A stretch of DNA of 37,558 nt, taken from the NCBI GenBank assembly GCA_004022145.1, contig RCNU01000036.1, one strand, 5' to 3'. The position numbers and the translations under genes are program-made. The notes under the pieces were generated by a model. The model ran no database searches and was not told where the DNA came from. It saw only the letters and a list, made by a program, of their open reading frames with translations. This DNA is from Paecilomyces variotii (Eukaryota). Shown here one piece after another: positions 11,477-23,522 of the stretch. Every line of letters starts with the position of its first letter. Position 1 is the first letter of the stretch.

Positions 11477-11702
11477 TGTAATTCAATCGGCGCAGCGCAG
11501 ATCTGCTAGCTTAACGCGAATACTTAGCCTAATAAGAAATTATCTAGATTTATTAAATTTTAACTTCTTATATTATTCTTAATTTACTATAATATTTAAA
11601 TCTTATAGCAATATTAAAAATAGAATCTAATATACTCTTACTATATTATTTAACTAATTAAAACTTAATATTGCGTAAGCTGCGTATTAATTTAATATAC
11701 CT
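11477..11702 (+). mobile_element. 5' fragment of a Fot1/pogo-like DNA transposon (Fot-A)
   Basis: Begins with TIR-like TGTAATTCAATCGGCGCAGCGC. Ends in LNIA*AAY*FNIP, resembling the pogo N-terminal HTH (IxxAARxFxVP), cut by Gypsy-1. Confidence 0.55.
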
Positions 11703-13801
11703 TACTGGCATAGATATAGCATATAATGCTATCTTAGCGTCGCCTGCCTACTATCTTAGTAAGGTATAAAGGTGCGAGGTGCGAGAGCCTCAGGCTAATA
11801 ACTTAGCTATATAGTTACTTCCTTATATAGCTAATAGAAGGATAACTTCTTTATCCCCTATACTATATTAATTTAGTAGTATATCTAGATTATCTAAGGC
11901 CTAACTAATATTAGAAGTATCCTGAAAACTATTATAATAATCTGCTATACTATTTAATTATTATTATTTTAAGCTAGCTCTTAATGCTAGCAGATTATCT
12001 ATAGTCTCTTCTCTATTATATATAAAATTATCTATTATTATTAAAGTCTTTATATTATCTATTCTCTATATTATCTTTTATTAAAATTTATCTTAATATT
12101 ATTAAGTTCTGCCTCTATTAGTCCTAATTCAATATCTTTTATTAAATTACTTATATTAAGCTATTTCTTTATATATCTTACGCCTGGGAATACTACGGGT
12201 TAGCTAGGAATACTTATATTTAAAGCTCTATTTTTTATTAGAATCCTATGTTGCATAATTAGTTTTATTATTTATATTCCTAGTATTATTATATTTTAGC
12301 TTTAGTTTTCTCTTACCAGATATCTATCTTGCCTAAAGAAGCTAAGGTTAAGCCTTTATAATAAGCCAGCCTTTAGAAGAGATAGATTAGAGCTAATATC
12401 TCCCTATATTATTTAGAGGGATATTAAAGCTTATATATAATCTAGCAATATTTTAAATAATAATTTCTTAGTTTAGAGATTAGTTTAACTATAAGACTAT
12501 TAATCTTATTAATTTTATCTTATCTTACTACTTAGGATATAACTTTTTAAAATATATTTTATTAGCCTATACTGAAGTGTTTTAAATTAAGCTATAAATA
12601 TCTTCTCCTTAAGTAGAATAATTTATATTTCTTATATTATAGGTAATAGATTAATCTATACTATAATATTATTAAAGATTTTCTTAAATTTACCTTAGTA
12701 TTAATAGAATACTTTGCTTTTTAAAAATAGCAGATTAATATAATAGACCTAGCCAATTTTATAATAGAACTTATATAGCTGCTAGGTAAACTATATTCTA
12801 TATATTTTTATAGTATCCTTATAGCATTATTATAAAATAAATACTAATAGAAGTAACTTAGGTTATAAATTCTAATTATTATACTTCCTCGCTTAATCTT
12901 ACTTAATTTAGTTTTTAGACTTTAAGATTCTATTTTCTAGAGCTAGGGAGCTAGATATTAAAAGGTCTTATTATTTAATCTATTATATTCTTTCTTAAAT
13001 CTATTGCTATATTATTTAGATAAAGCCTTAATATAGCTAGTAGTAAATGTTAATAGTATAGCAAATATTACTAACCCAGTTATACTCCTAGTACTACTAG
13101 CTACTAAGTCTAATATTATATTAATAGAGATATTTTAGCAGATAATAGAATCTAATTAGTAAATAGTAGAAAATATAAGAGCTATATTAGATTAAAATTA
13201 CTAAATAATAAAATATCTCACGAGTTAAAATAATATAACTTAAAATAATATAGCTTAGAATAATAGCTAACCTAGCTATTAATAATAGTAATACTAATAG
13301 TAATAGTAATAGTATTAATAACAGCAAGATTAATAATAGTAACTAGTTTAAAACTAAACTCTTAGCTATAATTCTTTAGTAAACCTAAATACTAGATTCG
13401 CCCTAGTAATACTAATAAGCGCTATAATTAATAATACGCTATAGAAGTAAGTAGAGCTAAGATATTTTTACCCTAATCTAAGTAATAAAGACTATATTAA
13501 GACAGGTCTTATTATAATAGTAGGAAGCTATACCTATTATAGAGATATTTATATTTTTACTAATTAAATCTATAATTTAACTATAATAAAAAAAAGAACT
13601 TATTATATAAAGCTATATTTAAGTATTATTATATAATTTAGCCCTATAGTAATATATAGCTGAGCTATCTAATTATAACTATAAAATATTATATATATAT
13701 CTTATTAAAGAAGATTAAATCTTATAGCTTATAAAATATTTTAAGATTAATACTGCAGCTGCTATAAAATAGCTTAAGTCTTTATATTATACTATATAGG
13801 A

Positions 13802-13919
13802 TTTCGGTGCCCCTAGGGGCTCCAGTAGTAGTCGCCCGCGCCAGTAGCCAGCTTAGTCAGCAGAGTAGTAGCTAGATAGATCAGTTCAGCTTAATTAAGT
13901 ATTTTCGTCAGCTCTAAGA
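13802..13919 (+). mobile_element. Solo LTR of the Copia-1 family with an internal 19-bp deletion
   Basis: Matches 7448-7584 except for loss of CAGCCCCTAGATAGTTCCT. TSD TAGGA (13797-13801, 13920-13924). Confidence 0.93.
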
Positions 13920-16900
13920 TAGGATATTATAGCTAGCTAAACTCCCTAAAGGTTTATTTAGTAAGTATTATATTTATTATATACTATAGAAATAAGGGAA
14001 ATATATAGTTAATTATTAGCTATATAAAATAAAATTTCCCTATCTAAATTTATTAAAATAGTTAAAAAAGCCTATATAGTATAGTAAGAGCAAGCAGATA
14101 AGAATTAATACTATTATTAGTAATATAACTATAATAATACTAGAATCTTTTTTTATTATTTTCTCTTCTTATTAAATTCCTTTTTATTAAATTTCTTAAG
14201 GTAAAATTAAAGTAATATTAATAATGCTAATTAGACTAGAGGTAAAGCCTTATAATAATTTATATAGACTAGGAATTAAAGCTATAACTATTCTATTTAT
14301 ATAAATATAATACCTTATTAATAGAATTAATCTAATATATAAATATAATAATGTTAGACTTAAAATCTAGGCTAACCCTTAATATAACTACGCTAGTTCT
14401 TATAATATAGAAATTAAAACTAATAATATTAGGCATTAAACTAATATAGAAATAATAATTAAGGCCCTTATTTTTTAGTATAGCCTTAAGCTATAGCCTA
14501 TATAAGTACTAGAATAAGGTAAGTTATAAATACTATAGATAGAAATTATAGTTAATAAGATTATAATATACTTAGATTAAAAGTATATAATATAGTATCT
14601 CTTAATTAAACCCTAGATTTAATTAACTTTTTTAAAGAATATAATAGTTATTATTACTAAGATAGTTATTAAAGTAAATATAATAATTCTTAATATATAA
14701 AGATAATTATAATACTTATATTAATTATACTATATTATAAATTGCTTCTATATTTAAATACTAGCTATATTAAGTAATCTTCTAATTAAATAATAAGCTC
14801 TATAATTATCTATATAATATTAATTATTATTAAAAATTAATACCGCATTCTCTTATTATTAAAACCTTTAATATTATATTATTTAATATCGCGTTATTTA
14901 ATATTATATTACCTGTTACTATATGTATAGCTTTAGCTATACTATAATTTATTATTATTAAGTCCCTAATTAAGTAAGCTCCTCTTAGATATACCTTTAT
15001 AGATAGTATTATATTATAATAAAAGTATATATTACTAGCAGTATTAAGGCGAAGCTAATCTATTTAGATTTAAATTGCTCTATAATAATAATTAATAAAA
15101 TATTCTTTAAGCGAGTAGCTTTATAAGCAAAGATTTATTATATATTTAAAATAAAGATTAATAGAATAAGACTTATAGTTTATAATTTATTAGCCTATAT
15201 TTAGCTTACTCTAGATTATTTAGCTACTCTTTATTCTAAGCTAGTAATACTTTAGCTTAATATTAAAGCTTATTTAGTTAATTATCTTAAAATGAATCTT
15301 CTGTTTAAAGTTAATATAATAAGTTATTATAGTATATCAATATATTTTATTATTTTAGCCTATATTATTATTAAGGATAAAGATTATTATAAAACTAAAC
15401 TATAATTTATTATAATTAGTCTATTTTATATATAGAATAATAGTGCTATTAAATAGTTTTATATATATCTTAATATATTTTAAAAGATATCTTATAAAAG
15501 ATTATAATTATCTCTTTAAGCCTAATTATTAAGAGATAAGCCTATATGCCTATTTAGTAAATACTAACTTTATTTTTATTTAAGTAATTAATATTATAGA
15601 TAAAGAATAGGCTATTTTATAAAAAATATACTTAAGTCTAGTTAGTAAGTATAAAAAGATTAATATATTTTATATTAACTTAATTATAGCACTGCTAGTA
15701 TAATTAATATAATTATCTCTTAATAAAGCTAAGAGACTAGCTATTTAAGGCAATAATCTAAGCCTTAAAAGAAAATTTAATATTAATATTACTATTTATA
15801 GGCCCCTAGATATTACTAATAAGCTTAAGAAAGTAATTAAAGCTTATAATATCTAGTTAGACTATAGATTTATTAATATTCCCCTAGATTAATAGATAAT
15901 AATCCTACTAAAAGAAGGTTAGGAATTAAGTATTTTTAAATATATTAAGATTTACCCTTTTAGCCCTAAAAATTATAAAGTTATTAATTAAATCTTTAAT
16001 AAGCTATATTAATAAGAAAAGATAGAATATACTACTAATTATACGCTAAATAAATATTTAATATTTATTATCTAGCGTAATATAGAATATAATAATATAA
16101 TAATCTATAAAGATAGGGTAGTTATAAATATCTATAGGTTAAACTATATTATTAAATTTAATGCTTATCCCCTTCTATTATAAGAAGAGATTATCGCACT
16201 TATAGTAGAGAAATACTTTATTTTAATATTTAATGCAGTATTCTTCTAGTATTAATAGCATATTTAATATAACTATAAGAACTGTCTTTTTATTATATTA
16301 TATAGAGAATAGGAGATTTTAATATTGCTATTATAGACTTTTATAATATACTAGTATATATTTAGTATTAAATAAATTATTACCTATATATTTTCTATAA
16401 ATTTATAGGGATATATATTAATAATACTATAATTGCCTTTAATATAGTTAATAATTATTATATATATCTTTATAAGGTCTTTAAGAAAATATAGGAATTA
16501 AATATTAGGCTTAATCTTAAGAAGTTCTTTATAAGATTTCTCTTTATATAATTATTAGGTTGCTATATTAATTTATTAAGAATAAATATTATTAGCAAGA
16601 AGATAAAGGCTATAGTTAATATCTTATTTTCTTATATAGCCTAGGCCTTAGAGTTATACTTTAGCTTAATAAGATAGTTTAGGCAGTATATCTCTTAATA
16701 TACTAAAATTATACAGCTATTATAAGATTAAAAAATAGTACTTCTTAATAAAGCCTCTATAAAAGATAAAATATAATAAAGTTTTATAAGGAATATAATC
16801 TTAACTATATTATTATAAGCTAAGATAAATACTTATAATATTATTTAAAAGCACTTTAGCAATTTATTTTTTTTATATACTATAACTTAAAGCGCTAGCT

Positions 16901-17612
16901 TTATTTTAATATTAATACTAGTATCTCTAGCTTTAGTATTATATTATATTATTTTTATAATAATATTAAGGCTTAATTAGATAGTTGCTATTTTTTATAG
17001 TTCATAAACCTCTTAAAGCTATATCTGAATAACTAAAAGTTTAATTAATTATATTTCTCTTAAAACAGCTTAATATAGCTAAAAAAAGATATTAGCTAAT
17101 AGACATAAAGATTATATATTTAGTATAAATATTATATAAAACACGCTATATTATTAAAACCTGTTAGATATTATTAATTATCTTTATAGATTATAGCGCT
17201 ATAATTATAATTGCTAAATAGATATCTTTATAATTAATATCTATAGACTAGATTAACTTATAACTTATCTTAGCATTATAATATATATAGAGTTGCAGAT
17301 ATACTATTATATCTTTAATTATCTTTTATTAAATTATATATCCCTATATTAAAGGATACTAGATACTATTTAGTTATTATATTTCTTAGGATTATATATG
17401 CTAATAATACTAAAGATAAGCTATAATATAATATAATTTTTATAAAATTATTAGAGAAGTTTAAGACTTAATTAAAAGAGAATTATAAGACTAATTCTTA
17501 TTAATCTAGGGTCTTTATTATATTATAATATAAACTCTATGTATTTCCCTTTATAATTTATAACAAACTTCTTTATATAGTTAATACTAATAATATATAA
17601 TATCTTTATATA

Positions 17613-19449
17613 CGGAGTAGCGTGTTAAAAATTATAGCGGATCGCCACTACTAGCGTTGTATTCTGATTACAACTCCTAGTTCGTTTCATCTACTCCGTA
17701 TAACTACACCGCTGATAGTTGCTTTTAACCGCTATTTCTACTATTTTTATTAAATATAAAGCTATTTGGATCAATATTCTATATCCTAGACCTTCCTAAA
17801 TACTACTGCTAGCAACTACTATGCTAGCAACTATGCTAGTAACTACTATGCCAGCGACCGTGCCAGCAACACTATATTAAAATGCCTGTTCATCAAATTG
17901 CCGCTCGAGTATAAGCTCTTACTCTACTCCTAATAGATGTTAAACCTGAAGATATTTATAAGTATATAGGAGTCCCTCCTACTACACAGAAAAATATCTA
18001 AAAATAAGCCTTTTAATATAGTTATTAGCTAGAGGAGAATCCTCTTATTAAAAATAAATATATAATCGATGCCCTCTATTCCGGATAACCTAGAGTTATT
18101 ATAAAAAAGACTAAAAAAGCTATTATAGACTCTATTTAAAAAGATTAAGTTAGGCATAAAAAATCTGCTGAAGTTTTTGTATATAAAGCTAATATTTCCT
18201 ATATATCTGCCTGTTAGATTCTTTGCGAGTATAAATTTTTAAGATATAAACCTATATAGAAACCTAGTCTTATTAATAAGGTAAAGCGCTATAGATTAGA
18301 ATTTATATATAACTATAAATACTAGACGCTTAAAGATTAGAAAAATATTATATAGAGTGATAAAACATTTATTATTCTTAGTCGCTATTATAGGCAAATT
18401 AAAGTCTAATATAAGATAGATAAAGCCTATAATCTAACCTATATATAATAGTGCTTTTTTAGGGCTTTTAACTTTATATTCTAAAAGTACTTTTTATAGA
18501 ATAAAAAAGATCCTTATTATATTTAAAAGCTAGAGATTATCTAAAAAAAATAGAATACTAAAAAGGAACTAGAGATCTTAAATTATAAATATAAAGCTCT
18601 TTACCACTAAAAATAGGAGCTTCTTAACCCTATAAGCCGTATAAGCCTTTATAATTTAAAAGGAAAGAAGCCAGTCTAGAGATTTATTATAAAGACTAAT
18701 ATAATAAGCTTATACACAGAGGAAAAGGTAGAATTAACTAATATTGCTATTAAAAGGTAAGTCAGATATCTCTTTAATTAAATAATACTAACCTAACTCT
18801 AATAAATCCTTATTATAAAACTTATTCCCTTTGCAAAAAAATACTAGAAAGACCGACTAAATATAATTGTTTAGGAAGATAATACTTCTTTATATACCTA
18901 TTAAGCCTAGCAAAAAGTATATAATTATTATAAAATTATCCAGATATTCTGGCCGTTAAACTCGCCGGATTTAAATATAATTAAGCCCTACTAGTATTAG
19001 ATAGAAAAACAGACTATTATATAAAGAGCTCTAAGCTCTAAAAAAATAGGTAAAGGTCTTTAGCTTTAAGCGTAGAAGGATCTCCTACAAAGCAAGATCC
19101 AGGAGTAGATAAATTATATCCCAGATTATATTAAAGCTATTATTGCCTGCGATAGCAGAAATAAATATAAGGAGGATAATAAAGATATAAAACAAAGCTA
19201 TAAAGGGTATAGAAATAAGGGTAAGCTTAGCAAATATAAGGATATTAGCAATAGTAATATAGCCGGCTTAGCTGGCTTAGCTGGCTCAACTAACTCAACT
19301 AGAAGAATATAAGGATATTAAGGATATTACAGATAATAAATAGGAATAGCTTCAATTAGCCCCTAAAAGGAAATAATTAGCAGCTAGAGTATTAAGGTAT
19401 TACAGCTAAATTTACTAGTGCGCGCTAGAATTTTTAACACGCTACTCCG
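17613..19449 (+). mobile_element. Tc1-family (DD34E) DNA transposon, 1837 bp, nested in Gypsy-1
   Basis: 27-bp TIRs CGGAGTAGCGTGTTAAAAATT(A/C)TAGCG with TA TSD (17611-17612, 19450-19451). Confidence 0.95.
17882..19340 (+). pseudogene. Tc1 transposase relic
   Basis: ATG at 17882 (MPVHQIAARV). Motifs I*SDKT (WSDET, ~18353), *EDN (QEDN, ~18872) and WPLNSPDLNIIK (WPxNSPDLNxIE, ~18950-18985), with 34 codons between the second D and E. The 3' end is approximate. Confidence 0.88.
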
Positions 19450-21008
19450 TATTATAGTTAGTTTTTAAAGATATTCTTAAAATAGCTTATAATAATATAA
19501 GATACCCTAAATATTACTAGACAGTTATTAATATTTATAACTTTATAATCTATAGACTTATAAAATAAGTTAAAATATATATTAAGCACTATTATTTATG
19601 CTAGATAAACTGAATATATTATTATATATCTTATAGCAGCTATTAGCTTATTTTAATATTAAATATCTCTTTTTATATAATTATTATAGATTTTATCATA
19701 AGATTGCTAAATATAGGGCTATATAATTAAATTCTTATTATTACCTATAAGTTTATAAAAAGAGTAATATTTATCTTAGGGCGAGATATATAGACTATTA
19801 GAGACTAAGTATTAATATTACTTAAATAACTCTAGATTAGTAATCAGAGACTTCTATTAATAATCTTATTAAATTATAATTTAAAGTTTCTATTAGATTT
19901 ATAGAAAGGCCTGTTTAAGTATTTTAATACTAAGTTATTATATTTAATAGTATATTACTTATAGATAAATAGGCAGTTTAAGCAAATAAATTAAATAGCT
20001 AAGATTGCTCTATAGTATTACCTAGCTATTTTAGAGGATATTATAGCTTAGCTAAAAGTTCTACTATTAATATAATTAGTATTAAACTTAGCTTATTATC
20101 TATTATAATAAGGTCTCTATATAACTTAATATATAATACTTAATTAGGCAATATTATAAACCTTTATAATAGGGAAGTCTAGGATTTTATCTTATAGTTT
20201 AATATATGTAAAGTGCTCTATTTAGCTATTATAGACGCTAAGTATATATATAATAAGAATTACTAGCTAATCTATTTTGCCCCTAGTAATAAAGTCTTAT
20301 TAAAATTATATTAAGAATATAATATCTCTAATATAGCTATTTTTAGAAGGAAGTTATTAATATAATATATAGGGCCGCTAATAATTAAGCGCAAGATTAA
20401 ATATCTTATATACTAGCTAAATACCCTAGCATATTAAAAATATTATAATATTTTCTCTATTACTTATTTAGAACTATATTTTACTAATAATCTTTTTAAA
20501 TATTCTATATTCTCTAATAATATTCTACCGCTATATATTAATATAGATAATATTAATATTAGTTATTATAAAATTAAGATATTATTTAACTATTATATTT
20601 AGCGAGTTTAAGGCAAAATTATTATTAAATATCGAGTCCGCTAAAAGGGATATAGTGCTTATTATAATATCTAGCATTATCTTAAGAACCTAGCTAATAC
20701 TTAAGAATTTATCTAGGAATATAACTAATATTTTAAACTACTAGCTAAACTATAAAAGCGCGGGCAATTTTATAAATAATATTAGTTACTATAAATTAAG
20801 TATAGGAGAATATAAATTATAAGAATATCTAACTATATCTTATACTATATTTATATATATGTTTCTATACTCTATTATTAAGGATAATAATATCTTTTTT
20901 AAAGGGGGTATACTGATATAGACACGGCATATAATACTATCTTAGCATTGCTTACCTACTATCTTAGTAGGGTATAAAGATGCGAGGTACAGAAGCCTTA
21001 AGCTAAGA

Positions 21009-21961
21009 CCCCTAAATACCTCTACTAAAAATCGGTAAATACTAGCTTAAATAGTTTCTCCTCTAATATTCTGAGATATATATATATAAAAGCAATTAAT
21101 ACTTAATATAGATAGAAAAAGAGCTTATTACCTAAATAATATATAGGACTAATATTATTAATATAAATAGACTAATTAGTCTAAATATATAACTTGCAGA
21201 TTACTATAATATAAATAAAATAGGCCTTTAAGTAGAAGAAAGAATTATTAAGTTATTACCTTAGAATAATAAAAAAGCTATATATAAATAGTTATACTAA
21301 GTTTTAAAGGATTACTATAGTTAAAGTAATAAGTACTAATAGATTAATATTTTCCCCTTTTATTATTTTAATAAGTATATTTAGATAAAATAGTTTAAGC
21401 TCTTAAATATTAATACCGCGATTAGAATATTTAACTCTAGATATATAAATAACTATTTAGCTTATTATTAATAAGGAACTTATTACCTCTTTTTATATAA
21501 TAGATATAGTTCTTATTTAATATATAAAGTCCTTAATTATTATAAAAAAAGAAGATCCTCCTTTTTATATTAATGCCTTATATTAATTATTTAACCTAAT
21601 TACTAGATATTAGTTTTTTTTAAGTATTTAAGTACTATAATAATAAAGCTATTAATCTTAATATAAAAATAAGTAATCTTAAGTTTAGTAAATATAAGTT
21701 TCTCTAAATACTTAAATTTATATAATTAAAAATCTTTAAATCTTCTATTATTAAAAGCGCGTTTATAAAATCTAGACTTTACCTATATAACCTAGATATT
21801 ATATTAAATAAGCTTTAAGAAATAAATAATTAACCTGTTACTATTTAACTTACTAGTAAGTTATTTATTTTAGACAATATATTAGAAACTACTAAGCGAT
21901 TTAAATAGTTTAAATAATACCCATCTTAGCTTAAGATTAATTTAAATTACTTTATTAATAG
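21009..21961 (+). pseudogene. Fot1/pogo transposase relic (Fot-A), DDE_1 region
   Basis: KIGKY*LK*FL (IGKxWxxRF), YNINKIG (YNMDETG), ITIVKVISTNR (ITVVExISADG), NRYSSYL (DGHGSHL) and LT*LLDISFF (LTQPLDVGFF). Confidence 0.82.
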
Positions 21962-22250
21962 TGTAACGGCGTAGCCGTAAAGAAGCGTAGGGATATAAGA
22001 AGGTTAATTTCTCTAGACTAGGGGATGTCGCTGCTAAATGGCTACTAAGGCGGTCTAATACTGCCGCTATAATATAACTATAGCAGAGCTATATCTGTAA
22101 TAGGATGCCCCCCTTCTTTAAATAAAGCTAGCGTCCGCGCTGGTAGTAAATACTACTAAATATAAATATTAAAGTAACTAAATATATCTATCCCATTCTT
22201 CTACAATAAAAGCGTTATCCCTTAATATACCTGAGGTATTAGCTTAAGTA

Positions 22251-22687
22251 ACGTAATTCCCTACCGACCGGATCACCCGCCTAAGCGGATCAGTGGCATA
22301 TAATATACAGAACAATGTCTTTTAAAACCAAGATTTCTTAACAACTATAAGTCTAGCGCATATAATACTTAGTATATTGCTTTCTATAATAGTAAACTTT
22401 TATATACTAAGATTTTAGGCTTTAAAAATTGCTTATTATTCAGGTAATATAAATTACCATTGTAATTTTTATAATTATATTCTACCTAAGATATCTAGAG
22501 AATAACAAGACTTAAGCAGATAAAATTAGACATATATAATCTTAATAATATATATTTTATATATATCTGTTCTGATAACCTTTAGATACTTGGTTGTTGA
22601 GATATTTTGGTTTAAAAAAGGGCTATTTTATATGTGATACGGCACTGATCTGCTTGGGCGGGTGATCCGGTCGGTAGGGAATTACGT
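22251..22687. mobile_element. Fot1/pogo-type MITE (437 bp)
   Basis: 45-bp TIRs ACGTAATTCCCTACCGACCGGATCACCCGCC(T/C)AAGC(G/A)GATCAGTG with TA TSD (22249-22250, 22688-22689). Additional subterminal inverted match between ~22321-22352 and ~22590-22618. Confidence 0.95.
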
Positions 22688-23404
22688 TAGTATCTATTAG
22701 CTAGCGGGTTATATCCTTGCCCTAATTATTCCTAAACACTATTTATTCTTATTTAATCTAATCCTGCTTCTATTTCTAATACTTTTAATTAAATATAGTT
22801 TTCTAGACTTAGAGTACGCGGATATAGTCTTAGTATAACTATTATATTAAATCTAATAGGCTATTATAGAAGCAATAGGCCGGGAAAAAGATAATATTAT
22901 TATATTTAATAAATTGGCAATTTTTATCTATAAGATAGTATAGCTAATTTTCTTACTATTAGATAGATCTTAGGGGTATTATAATATGCAGTAATACTAA
23001 TAGTCCTTAATAGTATAGCTATTTGCCCTTATTAAAATACCTTTCCCTAGCTTTATTAGTAAGGATCCCTATTACTGCTATAAGTAATCTTTAAAGCTCT
23101 ATTAGAATAGGGCATCTGGGCGCTAGTTTATAGACTTAAATTATAGATATAAAAATAAAACACAGCTATAGCTGTAGGAACGCCTAGTATTACCCTAATT
23201 AAATAGCGTTACTATAATAATCTCTTAAAATACTAGGGACAGCTAGGTCTCCTTACTTCTCTAGTATAAGATTACTATATATCTCTTTATTTATTATTTT
23301 CTTTAATTATAGTTCTGATATAGCTATAGTTAAATTAATTACTTTATTATTAGTAAGGTAGTTATTATTATAAATATTATTAACTGCTTTATTACTAGAG
23401 AGGT

Positions 23405-23522
23405 CTTTATTATTACTTATTTCTTTATTATCGCTAGTTTCTTTATTATCGCTTATTTTATTATTATGGCTTATTTTATTATTATAGCTTATTTCTTTAT
23501 TATTATTTATTTCTTTATCGCT
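23405..23522 (-). repeat. 18-bp minisatellite, ~6-7 degenerate copies (6-codon unit SDNKET/SHNNKI)
   Basis: Recurrent TTTCTTTATTATCGCT(A/T) units with an 18-nt period, in frame with a stop-free minus-strand stretch. Confidence 0.8.

Larger units (their letters stand above)
11703..21008 (+). mobile_element. RIP-inactivated Ty3/Gypsy chromovirus (Gypsy-1) with 98-bp LTRs
   Basis: LTRs at 11703-11800 and 20911-21008, PPT AAAGGGGG at 20901-20908. RT NAYPL (DAYPLP, ~16160) and YINN (YIDD, 16414-16425), integrase YIGPL (~20366), chromodomain YRVR*KGY (20630-20653). No clean TSD. Confidence 0.92.

Noticed and set aside
22690..22820. Second chromodomain in the Gypsy-2 3' region
   Set aside because: Only vague W/G spacing in one frame. 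The convincing chromodomain is at ~24170-24320.
23405..23522. CRISPR-like array
   Set aside because: These are contiguous degenerate 18-mers with no unique spacers and no cas genes, in a eukaryotic TE context.
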